From assembly GCF_036321535.1 (NCBI RefSeq), contig NC_087437.1, positions 121,708,001 to 121,772,000 on the forward strand: 64,000 nt of DNA, read 5' to 3'. The notes under the pieces were generated by a model. It worked only from the letters and a program-made list of their open reading frames with translations, was not told where the DNA came from and did not search any database. Source of the stretch: Camelus dromedarius (Eukaryota). Shown here one piece after another: positions 1 to 12,898 of the stretch. The position numbers and the translations under genes are program-made. Numbering within the stretch: the stretch's first letter is position 1; each line of letters opens with the position of its first letter.

Positions 1-1962
1 TTGCTGCGAGCAGACCCCAGTTGGGTTGGGTGACAACACCAACAGACACGCGTGCACACACCACACATCATCCCAAAACAACACATGCACAGACTCACAC
101 ACCTCCACCCCTCTGTACACACACACGGACAGACACACACACCACATGGACCTCACCCCACCCTGCCATGAAGCAGAAGTTTGGCATTTCTATTTGATGC
201 TGTTCTTTTATTTTTAAAAGATGTGATCACAGTCCTCTGTTGCTTTCTCTCCTCCCCGTGAACCACGAGCTCCCTTTTCATCCAACCCGGAGAAGAACTC
301 CAGGTTCCAAGGCAGGTAATGATGCTGGTGTGGGCAGGTGGACAGGCGCAGCAAGACGGGGCAGGCGCGGCCTGGGGGTGCAGAGCAGCATCCATCCGGC
401 CTTTTAAGACTAAAGCAGACAGGGTGGGGGAGGGTGACGCGATCGGATTGGAATCCCAGCAGCCCCTCTGCTGAGGCTGAGGCAAGGCCAGGAGAGCCAG
501 CAGGGGCAGGGGGAGGTGCTGAGGGCCACTGTCAGGATGGTCCAGGAGCAGCACGCTGGCTGAGGCCCAGGGAAGCGGTAGTGAGAATGGGTGGATATGC
601 GAGGTGTGTGGAGGGTGTCTGGCTTGGGCGTGAGGTCAGGGGAGCCTCAGGGAGGGGCCAGCAGGACGTCTCAGGAGTGGGCAGGAGAGGTGTGGAGAGG
701 CCTAGAGTCTGGGTAGGCAGGAGTCTACACTGCAGATGCTGCATGGCAGGGGGTCCAGGCGGGAGATGGACCCAGATCAGGAAGGGGCGATGGGGAAGGA
801 GGGGGGCAAATCCTGAGGGTTTAGTTGAGTTACTAGCCAAGGGCCGTTTCCGGTCAGCTCTAGGGGACCAGGCCCAGGGAAATGTGAGTTTACTTTGAGG
901 GGTCAGATGTGAGGGGCTCTGGTTGCCTGCAGAGGCCTGTTGGGTGGTCTGAGGACTGACCGTTCGTTGGGCAGCTGCCTGGAGGAAGGAGCTGGAGGCC
1001 TCAGGTCAGGCGGGGGTGGGGGATTCTCCCAGCACTGGCCTGAGGAAATGGAAAAGGCCAGACATAGCTCTGAGCTGCAGGGAGCCTGCAAGGCCCTGGT
1101 AGGCAGCTGGGCCTCCAGCAGGGAGCGGGGCCTCCTGGGCCAGGTTTTGGGGACAGGAGAGCGCCAGGGCGGCCACCAGAACCTTCGTGGGGAGCAGGCC
1201 CATCTGCCAGAAGCGTTTCAGGCGGCGGTGCTCCGTGGGGAGCCGGGCATGGGGAGCTCGACCGTCCAGGCCCCAGCCCCGGGCGGAGGCAAGGCGGGGT
1301 GAGCTGCCGCGGCGCCCACGAGGCGGGGCAGGAGGACCCCAGCTTCCTCCTCCTCCATCCGCTGTCCCTTGTCCAGGAACGTCTTTGTTCAAATCGCCCG
1401 CCTTCCCGCTGACCCCACGGAACTCGGCCTGAGGGCGAATCCCCTTGTTGGGGTCACCTTCCCGAATAAAGGCCAGGCTGGACACACTGCGTGTGCGCGG
1501 ACCTTGCCCCGGGTTTGCAGCCCTGAACCCCATGCGCCGCCTCGGGCAGGCAGCGGGCAGCTCCTACCGGGGCGGGGGCAGGTCACGCTGCCTGGGGACT
1601 GGGGGTGGGGGGAGAAAGAGCGGCTGCAGCACAGGGGTGCTAGGACCCGGGGAACAGCCGGTGACCAGATCCCGGGTCCGCACCCCGCTCTGCTCCGCGT
1701 GTATTCGGCGCCCCAGGCCCCAGCACCGCGCACCCCGCCCGACCCGGGCCGCGGGCCTCGGGCCCCACCCTGCCCTCTGCCCCGCCCCCTTCCCGCCCAC
1801 TGCCCTGGCCCGTCCCTGCTCCCTGCGGCCTACCCGCCCCGCCCCCTGACCAGCCCCGCCCCCGGCCTGGTCCCGGCGGCGGCCAGAGCGCGGCTGGCCG
1901 AGCGGGTGCACCGTGGTGGAGGGCGCAGCATCCCGCGGTACAGACGCTCCGGCCCGCCGAGC

Positions 1963-1973
1963 ATGGCGCCGAG
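1963..1973 (+). CDS. COL18A1: COL18A1 exon 1 coding part (short isoform, MAPR)
   Basis: agcATGGCGCCGAG|gtgcgg; 11 coding nt, as in the known short-isoform first exon. Confidence 0.93.
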
Positions 1974-2072
1974 GTGCGGGCCGTGCGGGCTGCGGGCGGG
2001 CAGGGGCAACGGGGTCGCACCGACGGGGACGGGGGCGCGGGCGGCTCCCTAACCTGTGGCTTGTGCCCGCAG

Positions 2073-2167
2073 GTGGCCCTGGCTGCAGCCGCGGCGGCAG
2101 CGCCTCCTGGACTTGCTCGGCCTCCTGGTCCTGCTTCTCGGAGTCAGCGCAGCGTCCGCCGAGCCAG
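2073..2167 (+). CDS. COL18A1: COL18A1 exon 2 (signal peptide of short isoform)
   Basis: Branch site ccctaac, acceptor cgcag|, 95 nt encoding (R)WPWLQPRRQRLLDLLGLLVLLLGVSAASAEP, donor cag|gtaaag; ends in phase 1. Confidence 0.95.
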
Positions 2168-3242
2168 GTAAAGCCGACGGGGACGCGAGAGTGTGTGCAC
2201 CAGGCCCGCCCGCCTCCCGCCGCACTTTGCGCAGGTCTTTGGCCGGTCTCGGGAGGCGGCGGCCTCAGCCCAGCCTGTCTCAGCTTCGCTCCCGGGAGGC
2301 GGCCCCGGCTCTGCCCACGCGCGCAGGTGGCCCGCGGGCGGCGGTCGGAAGGGCGACGGGGTCGGGCAGAGGCTGTGTGTCCCGAGTGTCCCGCGCCGGC
2401 CATTCATTCCTCGGCCGCGGCGATTCGCGCCACCTGGGCGCGCCGCGGGACCCGGGGAGCGGGCTGGGCTGGAGATGGTGCGACCCGTCCGCGTCCAGAG
2501 TCCCTCGTGTCGTGACCAAACTATGGCGACTTCGCGGGGAAGCTGGTGCTCTCGGCAGACAGCGCTGCCGGCCGAGGACCGGCGAGGTCTCCAGGCTAGG
2601 GTCGTGGTGGCGTCTACTACCCGCGCAGTGGCTCGGAGACGCCCGGACATCCAACGCCGGCCCGCCGGGCCTGTGAATCCGTCACCGGCCTCGTCCCTCC
2701 CAGGGCCTGAGCGGCCGCAGTGGGTCACACCTCTGGGCCCCGGCGTGCCCGCGCGCGGAGTCTGGCAGGTCTCCGGGAAGGACAGGGCAGTGCGGAGCGC
2801 AGCCGTGTAGTTTCCAACCTGTTGAGGCAAAACTGCCCAGGTTTCCCCGGGGCAGCCTTTGTGCACCGCCCCGGCCGCCAGGCCTCTGTCCCCGCGCTCG
2901 CCGCGGTGTCGGATTGCGCGCGGTCCCCTTTGATGCGGCCGAGCGCAGTGGCGGAGAGAAAGAACAATGCGCAGAAGTCCGTTGTTTGCCCGGCATCGGC
3001 TCGCTGCCTTTCCCGCGTGGACTGCAGCCTGCGGCAGGAAGGCCGTCCCGGCCGCGCTGAAACTTCCTTTGCCACCAGCTTCTGGGACCCCGTCCCTAAC
3101 CACGCGGCCGCCCAGGTCCTCCTCCCAACAGGCCCAACAAAGGTCCGGGAGGAGCTGGCGGGGGTGCCAGATCCGAGAGGAGCTCCGGTCCCCAAGGAGT
3201 CCTCCGTTCTAGCGCAGGTGGAGGTAGCGGCCGGGCGGTGAC

Positions 3243-3471
3243 GTTGGTCCCAGGCAGCCCGCGCCTTGTGGCCAGGTTGAATGTTGATGTGGTCACACAG
3301 CAGCCACACACCTGTTGGCCACAGCTGGCAAGGAAGGAGGGCAGGGCTGGAGGGAAGTCTTTCTGGGGAGACAGCAGTAATAGTTTGTTTCATTTTTTCC
3401 AGTCGGCTTAGTTGCTAGATTAAGCAGCAGCACTTTTTTAAAGTTTCTCTTAAGTACCTCCACCGAAGCGC
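3243..3471 (-). pseudogene. Antisense candidate exon with frameshift
   Basis: cccctacacag| (G)ASVEVLKRNFKKVLLLNLATK, then in another frame MKQTITAVSPERLPSSPALLPCQLWPTGVWLLCDHINIQPGHKA; donor uncertain. Confidence 0.5.
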
Positions 3472-4090
3472 CTGTGTAGGGGGCAGGCGACCCTCGTTTA
3501 TTTGTGTTAGCTCCAGGGAGCATTTGCCGAGTGTTTGTGCTTACAGGGTGGTCCCTGGGGTCCCTGGGGGGTCTTATGGCCGCCGACGGCCACTTCGGGC
3601 TGTTAATTGTGCCTTCAGGGACCATCCCCTCAAAGTCCTAGGAGAACAAGATACCCACGTGCCCAGATGGGGGCTCAAGGGCAGGAATTTGTATCCCGAG
3701 GCCTCTTTTGTAATTATATATCACGGGGAAGAGGAAAGACAGGGAGCGTCCACAGCCCAGCTTCTGAAGCTTTGAGGCCGCAGAGCGGGAGTCCGGGGTG
3801 ATGATTTACTCAGCCTCAGAGAAGCAGCAGCAGGCTGCCCGTCCGCGAGCTCTGGGAGGTGAAATCTAGCGGGGTGCTCAGGCCGGCGCAGACCCCCCGG
3901 AGTGCTGGGCAGGGTGCGGCTGTTGTAGAAGTCGGGCTTCTCCCCACGTGGCTGAAGTGAGGGATTTGCTGCAGTGTCAGGTCCTCTGGGAAGGAAGGCA
4001 GGCCCCTTGCAAGGTGCCTAATGGAATGTGACTCTGTCAGTTCCCTGGAGGTTAAAGCAGGAAGCGGGCTCAGCGGGGCTGCCCACCCCT

Positions 4091-4109
4091 CCCCCCCCCC
4101 CCCCCCCCC
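4091..4109. repeat. Poly-C homopolymer (C19)
   Basis: Read directly. Confidence 0.9.
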
Positions 4110-4866
4110 GCGCCGGGAGAACCCAGCTGGGACCCCCTGCTGGGAGCCAGTCCCCTTGGGATGGGATAACCGCTGCCCCCTCTGGGTGTTACTGGAGAAG
4201 AGCTCGTGTATGTGAAATCCAGACTTAGCAGGGGCCCAGTGTGCTCCAGAGACCCTTGAAGATCACCCCTGGGAATCAAAGGCGTGACGCCCAGTTTGCT
4301 GATTGGCGCTTTTTTTCTGACTCCAAACGATGGGTTTTTCCACGTCTGTCTCTGTGCTGCACTTGACCCACCCCCCAGAGAAAAAAGTCTTTCCTGTTTT
4401 AAGGCTTGGCCACTGTCATTGTGACACCCTTGAATTTCATTGTGTGCATTTGGGGCTGGGGGCTCCCCTAGGGGTCTGGCCTCCGCTGGCATAACCAGAA
4501 ACCTGGTGGGACCAAACCTGGGGGGACCGGGGCCGAGTGGTCTGTGAACCTGGAGGCTCAGAGCTGCCTGCAGTCCCCTTTCCCGGTGGAAGGGCAGGAC
4601 TCCCAGGTGCTCAAGGGGCCATCTGCCCATGGGCAGTACTTCAGGGCTGAGGTAGAAGAGCCCTGCCCTGCAGGCACTCGCAGGAAGCGTGTGACCATGC
4701 CAGGCGCCTTGTGTCCCGTCGCCTTGTCTCTGGCCCTCCTACACGTGACCTCAGTCTTAGGCTCCATCTGCACCCCCTCTGGCACTTGTCCTGCCCTTCC
4801 TCACACCGAGGCCTTCCCACCGTCCATCGGTGGGGTCCGGTCTTGGCCGACTGCTGGTGTCCTCAC

Positions 4867-5117
4867 CGCCCCACTCCCTCGGTGGGCCTGCAGGGTTTGG
4901 GCTAGAGGACCCCGTGGGCCCCCGTGTCGGAGGGGGTCTGTCGTCCCGGGCTCTCAGGCACTGGGTAACGGACCTAAGCCAACGGCAGGAGCTCTTGTTC
5001 AAGGCAGGCCTGTTTCTAGGGGAAGCTGTTGCTGAGAGTCTTCAGGGTTCAGGCGCAGAACCTTGAAGATAGTTTTAAATTTCAGCAAAACTTGTTTTTC
5101 AAGGCACTCCTGTTTTC
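4867..5117 (-). pseudogene. Antisense candidate exon
   Basis: cctcctccttctcttaaag| (G)KQECLEKQVLLKFKTIFKVLRLNPEDSQQQLPLETGLP*... |gtgagg; probable frameshift. Confidence 0.6.
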
Positions 5118-8100
5118 CTTTAAGAGAAGGAGGAGGGGGAAGCCCTTGCAAGGAAACCTAGAAGGAGAGAAACTGTTTCCACCCAGAGTGAGGGGAGCCA
5201 GGAGCCTGCCCCACCTACCCCGCTTCACCTGAATAATACCCGTGCGCACACGTGCACAGTACACGCGCACACTCTCATGTGCACACACGTGCACACGCTC
5301 GTGCTCTCTCCACCAGAGGCTGTTTCTTCATCTGAGTTACTGAAATGCTCCCGGGCTCCAGAGAACCTACCTACCAGCTCATGGTGGGATGGGGCAAAAC
5401 CCAGTCTTCTGATACGATGTCCGAGAACCTCCCCTGCCTTGGTGGCCTGAGCACTGCTGGGAAGGGTCCGTCAGCTCAGGGGGTGGCCTCCTCCAGGCCC
5501 GGAGGCTGACTTCCCGCCAGCACTCAGGAGTCAGATGAGGCAGGCCAGGGGCAGCTGGTCTGGCTGCGGCTGTGTGATGAGCAGCCCCAGGCCCGGCTCC
5601 GTCGGCCAAGGCCGGCCATCAGCGCAGAGCGGGCGCCCCTCTGCAGCCCTGGTCGAGGCGTGGCCACCCTGGTGCCCGCGGGGACGGACTGCAGGTGTCG
5701 TGCTCCTTGGAGGCTCTGGGTCAGCTGTCATCTGAGAGGGAACGCCTCTCCCCAGAACACAGCTGGCCAAGCACCAAATGTCTGAGGTCTGGGTGTAAGG
5801 TGGACTCTGCAGGATGTGACACGTGGAAACTTGACGCTGCTGGGGAGGCGGGGGGCAAGGTGTTGGGAAAATGGACGTGTAGGTTGGCACGCTCATAAGG
5901 TGATTGAACGTGGTGCATGTGGACAGCAGTGACCCAGGAAGACGGTGAGAACCGCTGGGGGGCGGCGCTCCACCCGCCTGTCCGGTCACACACTCCGCTT
6001 TACCGCACGCCCCGACCCTGATGGTTTAGGGTCTAGGACTGGCCCTGTGCCCAGATCCCAGCTCCTTCCAAGAATGACTGGGCCTCTGAGCCCCTCTGTG
6101 ATCTCCTGCAAGTCTCGGGGGAACCCGCGTTCAGGGTGGTGGGCACAGGCCGGGGCCCCTCGCCTCGCTGCCGTGGTTCCCTCTCTAACCTGGGACGGGA
6201 ACAGCTCCCCTCCTCCTCCTGGGGGTCATGTTGTAAAGCTCCTCACGCCCCCAGGTGAGACGTGCCTTGTGTGTGGTGCCACACGTCTCCGCACACGCCC
6301 GTGACCCCGCACCACCCACTGCCTGGCTCGCGGAGACCGGGCGCCCTGCCCGCAGCGAGCTTCCTGTGCCCCGCTCCCCAGCACTGCCCGTGTGGGCGGG
6401 TGTGGAGACGTGATGCTGGCTGGCCCTTGGGGCGATGCTTTAGATCAGCAGGTCTGGGCCACGCAGAGGGGCTGCCAGAAGGAACCTCAGGTCACGGGCG
6501 CGCTGAGTCAGATGAAGTTTGGAGGCCCGGGGCAGTGTCTGCGCTCCGCCCGCCTGCCTGCAGGAGCCATCCTGCCACCCCGGCACCCCCGCAGAGGAGA
6601 CAAGCCCCAGCACGGCCTTCCTGGCTGTCTGTAGCGAGAGCCCCAGAGAGGAGAACTTGTTCCAGGCCAATACATCTTTCTGGAATTCCGTCCTGGCAGA
6701 CGGGGTCACTCCCGGGCTGATCCACTGTGACGAGGCCGGGCAGGACAGGGCAGGGGCACCTGGCCCTGAGCTGGGGTGACGGGCGGGGCTCTTGGCCACC
6801 CCTGGTTTCTGGAAGAGCAGGAGGCTGTGTGCTGGGTCCAGCTGGCCCAGGCACTGGCTGGGTGTCAGGGCTGACCTTCATTGAGTGTTTCCTCGAAAAG
6901 GACATGAGACCGGAGCTGAAGGCTCGGGGTCGAGGCTGCGAGACGACGGGTCGGGAGCTGTGTGTGAGAGCTCCGTGACGGCCACAGGGGCGGGGCCGGG
7001 TTCAGACCGCGGAGACCACGGCTATTGACCGACTGGTTTTGGTGGTTTCCCTGGAGTTCAGGCTGAACGTCTACAGATACCACGTGTTATTAACTTATTT
7101 TTTTTTGGTTCGGTCATTCATTTGATTTCGGTCGGAAGTACTTACTTTTACTTTTTGCATGTTCCTTTGAGTAGATTCAAAATTAGGCAGGCTAGGCCTC
7201 CTTGATCTGAATCGAAGCTCAGAAATCTTGGAGACAGTTCCAGGCTCTGACACGTGTTCTCAGTGAACGTGAGAGGCACCGTTCTGCGTGGGGGCGACTT
7301 GAGCCCCCCGTGTGAGAGCAGCGCCTGGAGGGTGCGTCTCGGCGGTCTAGCCGTCCTGCTGCGCACTGCAGAGCGAGCGACTTGTCCCCGGGAGAGCGCT
7401 GAGCCCGCCGCCCGGAGCTGGGCGCGTCTCTGCAGGGGCTGCGACGGAGGCCCGTGGCCTCCAGCACCGAGGGAGACCCTTCCTCCACGTCTCCATTCAG
7501 GCAAGCGGGAATTCACCTTGGAAGGAACCGCGTGATTCCGGGGGTGCTTTGACAGCACAAGGCAGGAGGGTTTGGCCGCCGGCCTGTGCTGCTGGGGGAC
7601 GGGCCCTGGCGGGAGGGGGGCGTTGTTCCAGGACCCTTGCACTGTCACCTTCTAGAGCTGGCTCACTTGTTCAGCAGAGGACTTCCACTCTGGAGTTCGT
7701 TCCCTTCTGAGTGAGGGCCCTCGAGCGCTGCTTGGCCTCTGTGTCTCTCCTTGCTCTGCCTTCCTGCTCTGTCCTGCGCGGCGTCCCCGTCGGCGCGTCT
7801 GCTCACGGTGTCACAGCTCGGGGGGCATGTTTGGCATAGTTTCCTGGTTTGTGGTCAGGCTTTAACTGCGGGCGTGGAATGTCTTAGAGCGCGGAGTTGT
7901 TTTCGCCTTAATTTTATGGCCTTTTCCTTTCGAGGTGGGACATGCGTGACCATCACGGCTCAGGGACCGCGGGGGAGGAGGGTGTGAGGGCTGTGCGAGG
8001 AGAGCTGTGCGGGGCTGGGTGCCACGTGCTACCTGCAGCTGTCACCATCCTCAGTCTATCTCAGTGGGCGTGGAGTTGGAGCTGGTCCTAGTAGAAGACA

Positions 8101-8199
8101 AGTGTGTGGTCGCTAAATCGTGGAGTATGACGGCTGGCAGGCAGTCTGGCCTCCACTCTGTGGTTATGGATGGGACACCATCTGCGGGGAGGGTTTGCA

Positions 8200-8305
8200 G
8201 CCCAGGCTCCTGGCTTTAATTCCAGCTCTGCTTCTGAGCGCTGTGTGACCTTGGGCAGGTTACTCACCCTCTGTGCCTCTGTCTCTGGTCTGTGGGACTG
8301 AATGG
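8200..8305. mobile_element. MIR SINE fragment
   Basis: ttccagctctgc...gctgtgtgaccttgggcaggttactcaccctctgtgcctc matches the MIR core. Confidence 0.75.
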
Positions 8306-9627
8306 GACATTCCTTCAGGGAGCTTCCTGGGATGTGTCCTGACAGCCCCTCACTGGGCTCTGGGGAGCACCCTGTCGGGGACGGCCCAACGCAGCCGTCA
8401 GGCCTGGGCCTGGGAGGAGGACCTGGTGTATGCCGGGAGTGGGAAACGGGTCCGCGTGACCGGAACAGGGTTTTGTGAGTCTTACTTGGCCACGGGCTGT
8501 GCCTGCTGAAATGATCATTTGCATTAGACAAAGCAGCCCACTCACTCCCGCGGCCCTCAGGTCCTCCAAGTGTTCCCGGCCCCAGTGCCGGCGTGGTCAC
8601 GCCCACCCACGCGTCCCACGGGGGGATCGGGGCGTGGGGGTGGTGGCGCAGACCTGCCTCTGCCTGTTGGATCTTGTTACCAGGCTGCTGTATTTTGAAA
8701 GAGTCTCCACTGAGACTCCACGGGGCTGTGAGGAGGCCGAGGACGTCTGGCCTCTTGTTTTCTGCAGGCCAGGCCGGCTCCTGGATCGACGCCCCGTCTG
8801 CGCTGTGAGTCTGGGCCCAGCATGTGGTGCCGTCCGGGGGCGCCTGCTCAGAGGACAACAGACTGAACGCCTTCGTTTCTGCCCTGAGTCACCCGGCCTT
8901 CCAACCAGAACGAAGGGGAGCCACCGTTAAACCCGTCCGCACTTCGGGGTCTCCCCACCTGTCCCTGGGTCCCGAGGCCCCTCCAGCCGTTCTGATCACT
9001 GCCTCCATCCTAGGGCCGCCGGGTACCGCTCTCCAGGGCCGGACTCAGACCCTCTTTCCCCCCACACGTGGCCGGAGGGTTTTGAAAGGCAGGTCCCATA
9101 AGAGAGGGCTGGACGACCCGGGTCCAGGTCGGCAGGGGCCCTGTGGAGCAGCCCTTTGTGGGGCCTGGAGAGGCTTCTTGGGCTGTGAAAAATTGTCTTA
9201 ACGAAACAGCCTCCCGCCCCGTGGGGCAGGTCTGCACCTGGCACTGAGTGGCAGTTGCCGCTCCTCAGCCTCTTGGCCCCCGGGGAGGAGGCGGCCCTTT
9301 CTGAGCCCAGGTGCCCCTCCAGGGCCTGCCCTCTGGCCCTGCTTTGACCTCTGGCCGTCACTTTGCTCCCTTCTCCGCGTCCTGGGGCTGGCCCACGTTG
9401 CGCTGTGGGGTCGTGGTGCACCGACTTCGGCAGTGACCTCTGATTGTCTTGGGTCCTCGCATCTCAGCCTTGTCCCCTCGTGGCTCTCGGGGGAGCCCAT
9501 CTTGGTCCAGGTCACCAGTGTCCTTGGGACAGCTAGGACCTTCCTGTTCTCTGGCTAAAATGAGCATCCAGCCCCAGGGGCTCGGGTCTGGCCGGAGCGG
9601 ACTCAGAACTGGTGATGCACTGGTTAC

Positions 9628-9866
9628 CCTCGGAACCTTGTTTTGTGGAAATAATTAAATGTCATGGAGGTTTGCAAACAAGGAAGTTAAAGCACCCATG
9701 CCGCCACAGTCTTTACTGTCATTGTGGGAAACCGGACATTTTAAACAGATAGGGGTTGCCCTCCCTGCAGACTCCGACCTCTGCCTGGCCCCACGTGGAC
9801 GGCCCCTCTGCTGCAGAAGCCCGAGGGCCTCCCGGAATCGGCTTCCCGGACGGAAAGCAGCCCTGC
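9628..9866 (-). pseudogene. Antisense candidate exon with one stop
   Basis: ccttctatctcactggcag| (G)RAAFRPGSRFREALGLLQQRG...TPICLKCPVSHNDSKDCGGMGALTSLFANLHDI*LFPQNKVPR |gtaacc; 239 nt. Confidence 0.55.
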
Positions 9867-9975
9867 CTGCCAGTGAGATAGAAGGCAGATGGTGAGCTGG
9901 CCTTCCTAACACCTAACTGCCCACCTTTAAGAACCTAGACAAAAATCCCCCATCTAAACTTTACTTCCCGTGACA

Positions 9976-10408
9976 TATGGTCGGCTGAGCGTCAGTCACC
10001 AGAGCCATCCGCGTCCTAATCCGCAGAGCCCACGAACGCTGCCTTACGTGGTGGAAAGGACTTTGCAGATAGGATTAAGTCTCCTGAGCTGGGGAGAGGA
10101 TGCTGGATTATCCAGGTGGGCCTCGCCTGTAGCCCAGGGTCCTAGTAAAGGACAGGGGTGGCTGGAAGTTCAGGGCAGAACGAGGAGGGAGGTTGCAGGG
10201 AGAGATCAGATTTCGGAGGGGCTACGAGCCGAGGAACACAGGCGACTTCCAGGCCTGGCACCAAGGATGTGGGCCCTCCCCTGGAGGCTCCGGAAAGGAA
10301 CATGGCCATGCTGACACCTGGGGTTAGATTTTGACCCCTACCCTCCACTGTGTTGTTTCAGGCCCCTGACCTTGTGGCCATTCACTCCGGCAGCCCCAGG
10401 GCACTGCG
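9976..10408 (+). mobile_element. MLT1-type (MaLR) solo LTR
   Basis: cgtcctaatcc...ccttacgtgg...ggactttgcagataggattaag...ggattatccaggtgggcc...tgctgacacct. Confidence 0.8.
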
Positions 10409-11060
10409 CAGTGTGTGGTCAGGTCTCTGAAAGGGGTGGGGTTATGGGAACGGCAAACGCTCTCACTTGCGAAGTGCTGCTTCACCGCAGTGTGAAACCT
10501 CTGATGTGCTCTAAGGCGTTGGGACCGCCACCCCCATGCAGGACCCCTGGAGTATCCTTCCTGACCCCTGAGGCCCAAGGGTCAACTCTCTGTCCTGTGC
10601 ACCTAGCATCCCTGGGCTGTGGGCTCTCCATGCAGAAGTTAGACGACCCCGTCCTAGGAACCTTTCAGCGGTCATAGGACCCCTGTTTTCAGGCACCCAG
10701 CATGACCTCCGCATGCCCCCGGGTGGCAGCCAGGGGCTTGGACATGCTGGGGCCGGGCTCCGGCCGGCTGCCGAGGGGCTGTCTCGGGCCCCAGTGAAGG
10801 GACAGGAAGCTTGGACAGGGGAGGAAGGCAGAGAGCAAGTGAGCGGGGGTCAGGCCATGCCAGTGGGTGGCCGGAGAGTGCCTGGACGGGCCTGCGGGTG
10901 AGGCGGCCGTGTGTTGGGGGCTTTCCTGGGACTCATGGCCGGCCAGGCCCTCACAGGGCGGGGGCAGGTGTCATTGTCTACAAGGTCAGACAGAGACTCG
11001 CTTTGTTCTATTTTTGGAGAATGAGGCGAGTGGCACAAAAGCACATTCTTAGAAAGTACC

Positions 11061-11196
11061 AGCGCGGCCCGGTGCAGCCCAGTGTGGCCCGGTGCAGCCC
11101 AGCTTGGCCCGGTGAGGCCCCGTGCAGCCTGGTGCAGCCCGGTGTGGCCCGGTGTGGCCCAGTGCGGCCCAATGCGGCCCGGTGCAGCCCAGTGCC
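11061..11196. repeat. 10-bp minisatellite, ~13.5 copies (RGTGYRGCCC)
   Basis: ggtgcagccc/agtgtggccc/ggtgtggccc units in exact 10-bp register. Confidence 0.95.
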
Positions 11197-12408
11197 CCAG
11201 TGAGCCCCAGAAAGAGTTCTGTAAAGTAAAGCTGACCAGGTGCTGAGCAGGTGGACAGGACTCAGTGCTTGTCAAGTGGACCAGTGCTCATCAGCCTTCA
11301 GCCACCTGGGGTGCTGTGGTGGGCCTTTAGTTATCTGGTGCCGAGACCTCTGATGCCCAGTGGGAGCTGGTGGCCAGACTGGGCTAACTTACGAAAACGG
11401 CCAAACTGGACAGTCTGTGATACGGGGTCCTGACGGGTAACCTACATCTTCGTTTGCCTCCATGTGTCGGATGCTGTCAGCTGCCTCTGGCACAGGGGCC
11501 TCTCTGAGATGTCTTGCGTTCGACATGAGCAGAGGGACATCCAGGCAGAGCATGTGGCTGAGAGCTCAGCCTGGCTCCCGCAGGCCTGGCGTCTGGGGGT
11601 GGGGGCTGCTGGCGGGAGCGAGGGGGGTCTTCTGCCCAGGACCCGTCCCCTGACCCGCGGAAGTGGACAGGCCCCCCCGGGCCCTATATAGGCCTGTGGG
11701 CCATCTCAGGAGCATCAGGGCTGGCCCAGCCCAAAGGTCACTTCGTGGCGGGCGCCTCAGGGGACTCTGGGGGAGTCTGAGCGGCTCCTCCTCAGGGGTG
11801 GGGGGGGCGGGGGGGGCAAGGCACACTGCTCTGCTGGGATCCAGGGCCTTGGGCAGGGCCTGATGGTTCTGGGGGACCCCGTCGTCCTTCACGGCCTGGT
11901 CCCCATGGTCTGTTCAGCCCCAGCTCCCGCTCAGCAAGTCCATGCTGGTTGACTTGGGTTTTGAGTCCTAACTGGCTAGCAGACAGTGAGTGGCTGACTT
12001 CTACAGCTGGAGCCCCCCACCCGCCCACTTGATTGGACGTTGGCCCCCGACCAGGCCCCCGGTATTCTCTCGCCCCTTTCCTCACCCTCTGCACCCCCTC
12101 TGCCCGTTCCCTCGGTGGACACGTGCCGTTCCTCGGGACTGAGTTGGCTGGCAGAACGTTCTAGAACCCACATGTGCTTCCGCGTGTGTCACCCGCTGTG
12201 TGTGTCACCCGCTGCATGTGATTTGACCTTTGCCCTCGTCTTCCAGCAGAAACAGTCCCCGTGCCTTGATGTCCCCTTCGGAAGGGCCGTTCGGGCCGGA
12301 GCTGCTCCTGTTTCCCGGCCGCGCTCACCCAGGACGTGAGTTTACGAGGCCGCCTCGTGAGGGGCAGCCCTGATGTCGGGAGAGCGGATTTCCTCACCCT
12401 GGGCCTGG

Positions 12409-12480
12409 GCTGAGGGCAGGGGTCTGCAGGAGATGCTCCTTGTGCTGAGGGCAGGGGTCTGCAGGAGACGCTCCTTGTGC
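12409..12480. repeat. 35-bp tandem duplication
   Basis: gctgagggcaggggtctgcaggaga(t/c)gctccttgt twice, one mismatch. Confidence 0.95.
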
Positions 12481-12767
12481 GGCGGCATCCTGGTCGGACA
12501 TTGTTGCGCCAGCTGTGACGGTCGCTCGCTGTGACTGCCCAAGCCTTCGGGCCTCCAGGTCTCCTTCCCTGTGGCTGTTAACTAGCCCCCTGGGTGGTCC
12601 TGGCCCCACCTGTCCACGTGCTGGGGCCTGGGGTCCCCACGACCTCCTTACCGGGTGTCCTCGTGCTGACCCCGCCCAGAGCGCCGGGTCCTGGCCCGGC
12701 CACCCTCCCTGTGCCAGGGAGTCTGAGCCGTGTGACGTCCCCCGGCCTGCTGCCTCCTGCCGTCCAC

Positions 12768-12898
12768 CCATGTCCTCAGTCTTCACATGTGCCAACTCCG
12801 CCCCCAGTGAACTTTCTAGCTCTCTCAGGACCTGGGAGCTCGTGTCAGGGAAGACAGCGCCCAGGCCGAGGTTTAATCTGCTCTCGGTTAGTTAGGTC
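12768..12898 (-). pseudogene. Antisense candidate exon
   Basis: Translates T*LTESRLNLGLGAVFPDTSSQVLRELESSLGAELAHVKTEDM; splice sites degraded (ttacaag| ... |gtggac). Confidence 0.5.

Larger units (their letters stand above)
1150..3250 (+). promoter_or_regulatory. COL18A1: CpG island / COL18A1 promoter 1 with clustered GC boxes
   Basis: Very high CpG density around exons 1-2, repeated CCCCGCCCC (Sp1-type) motifs at ~1780-1863, no obvious TATA box. Boundaries approximate. Confidence 0.85.

Noticed and set aside
35..165. His/Thr-rich ORF at the window start
   Set aside because: Translation of a degenerate CA-rich low-complexity tract.
11393..11540. Resemblance of a minus-strand peptide (RHMEANEDVGY...VWPF) to GREB1-family motifs
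   Set aside because: Only a few residues match, in the wrong order; the reading frame is ambiguous and no other exon supports it.
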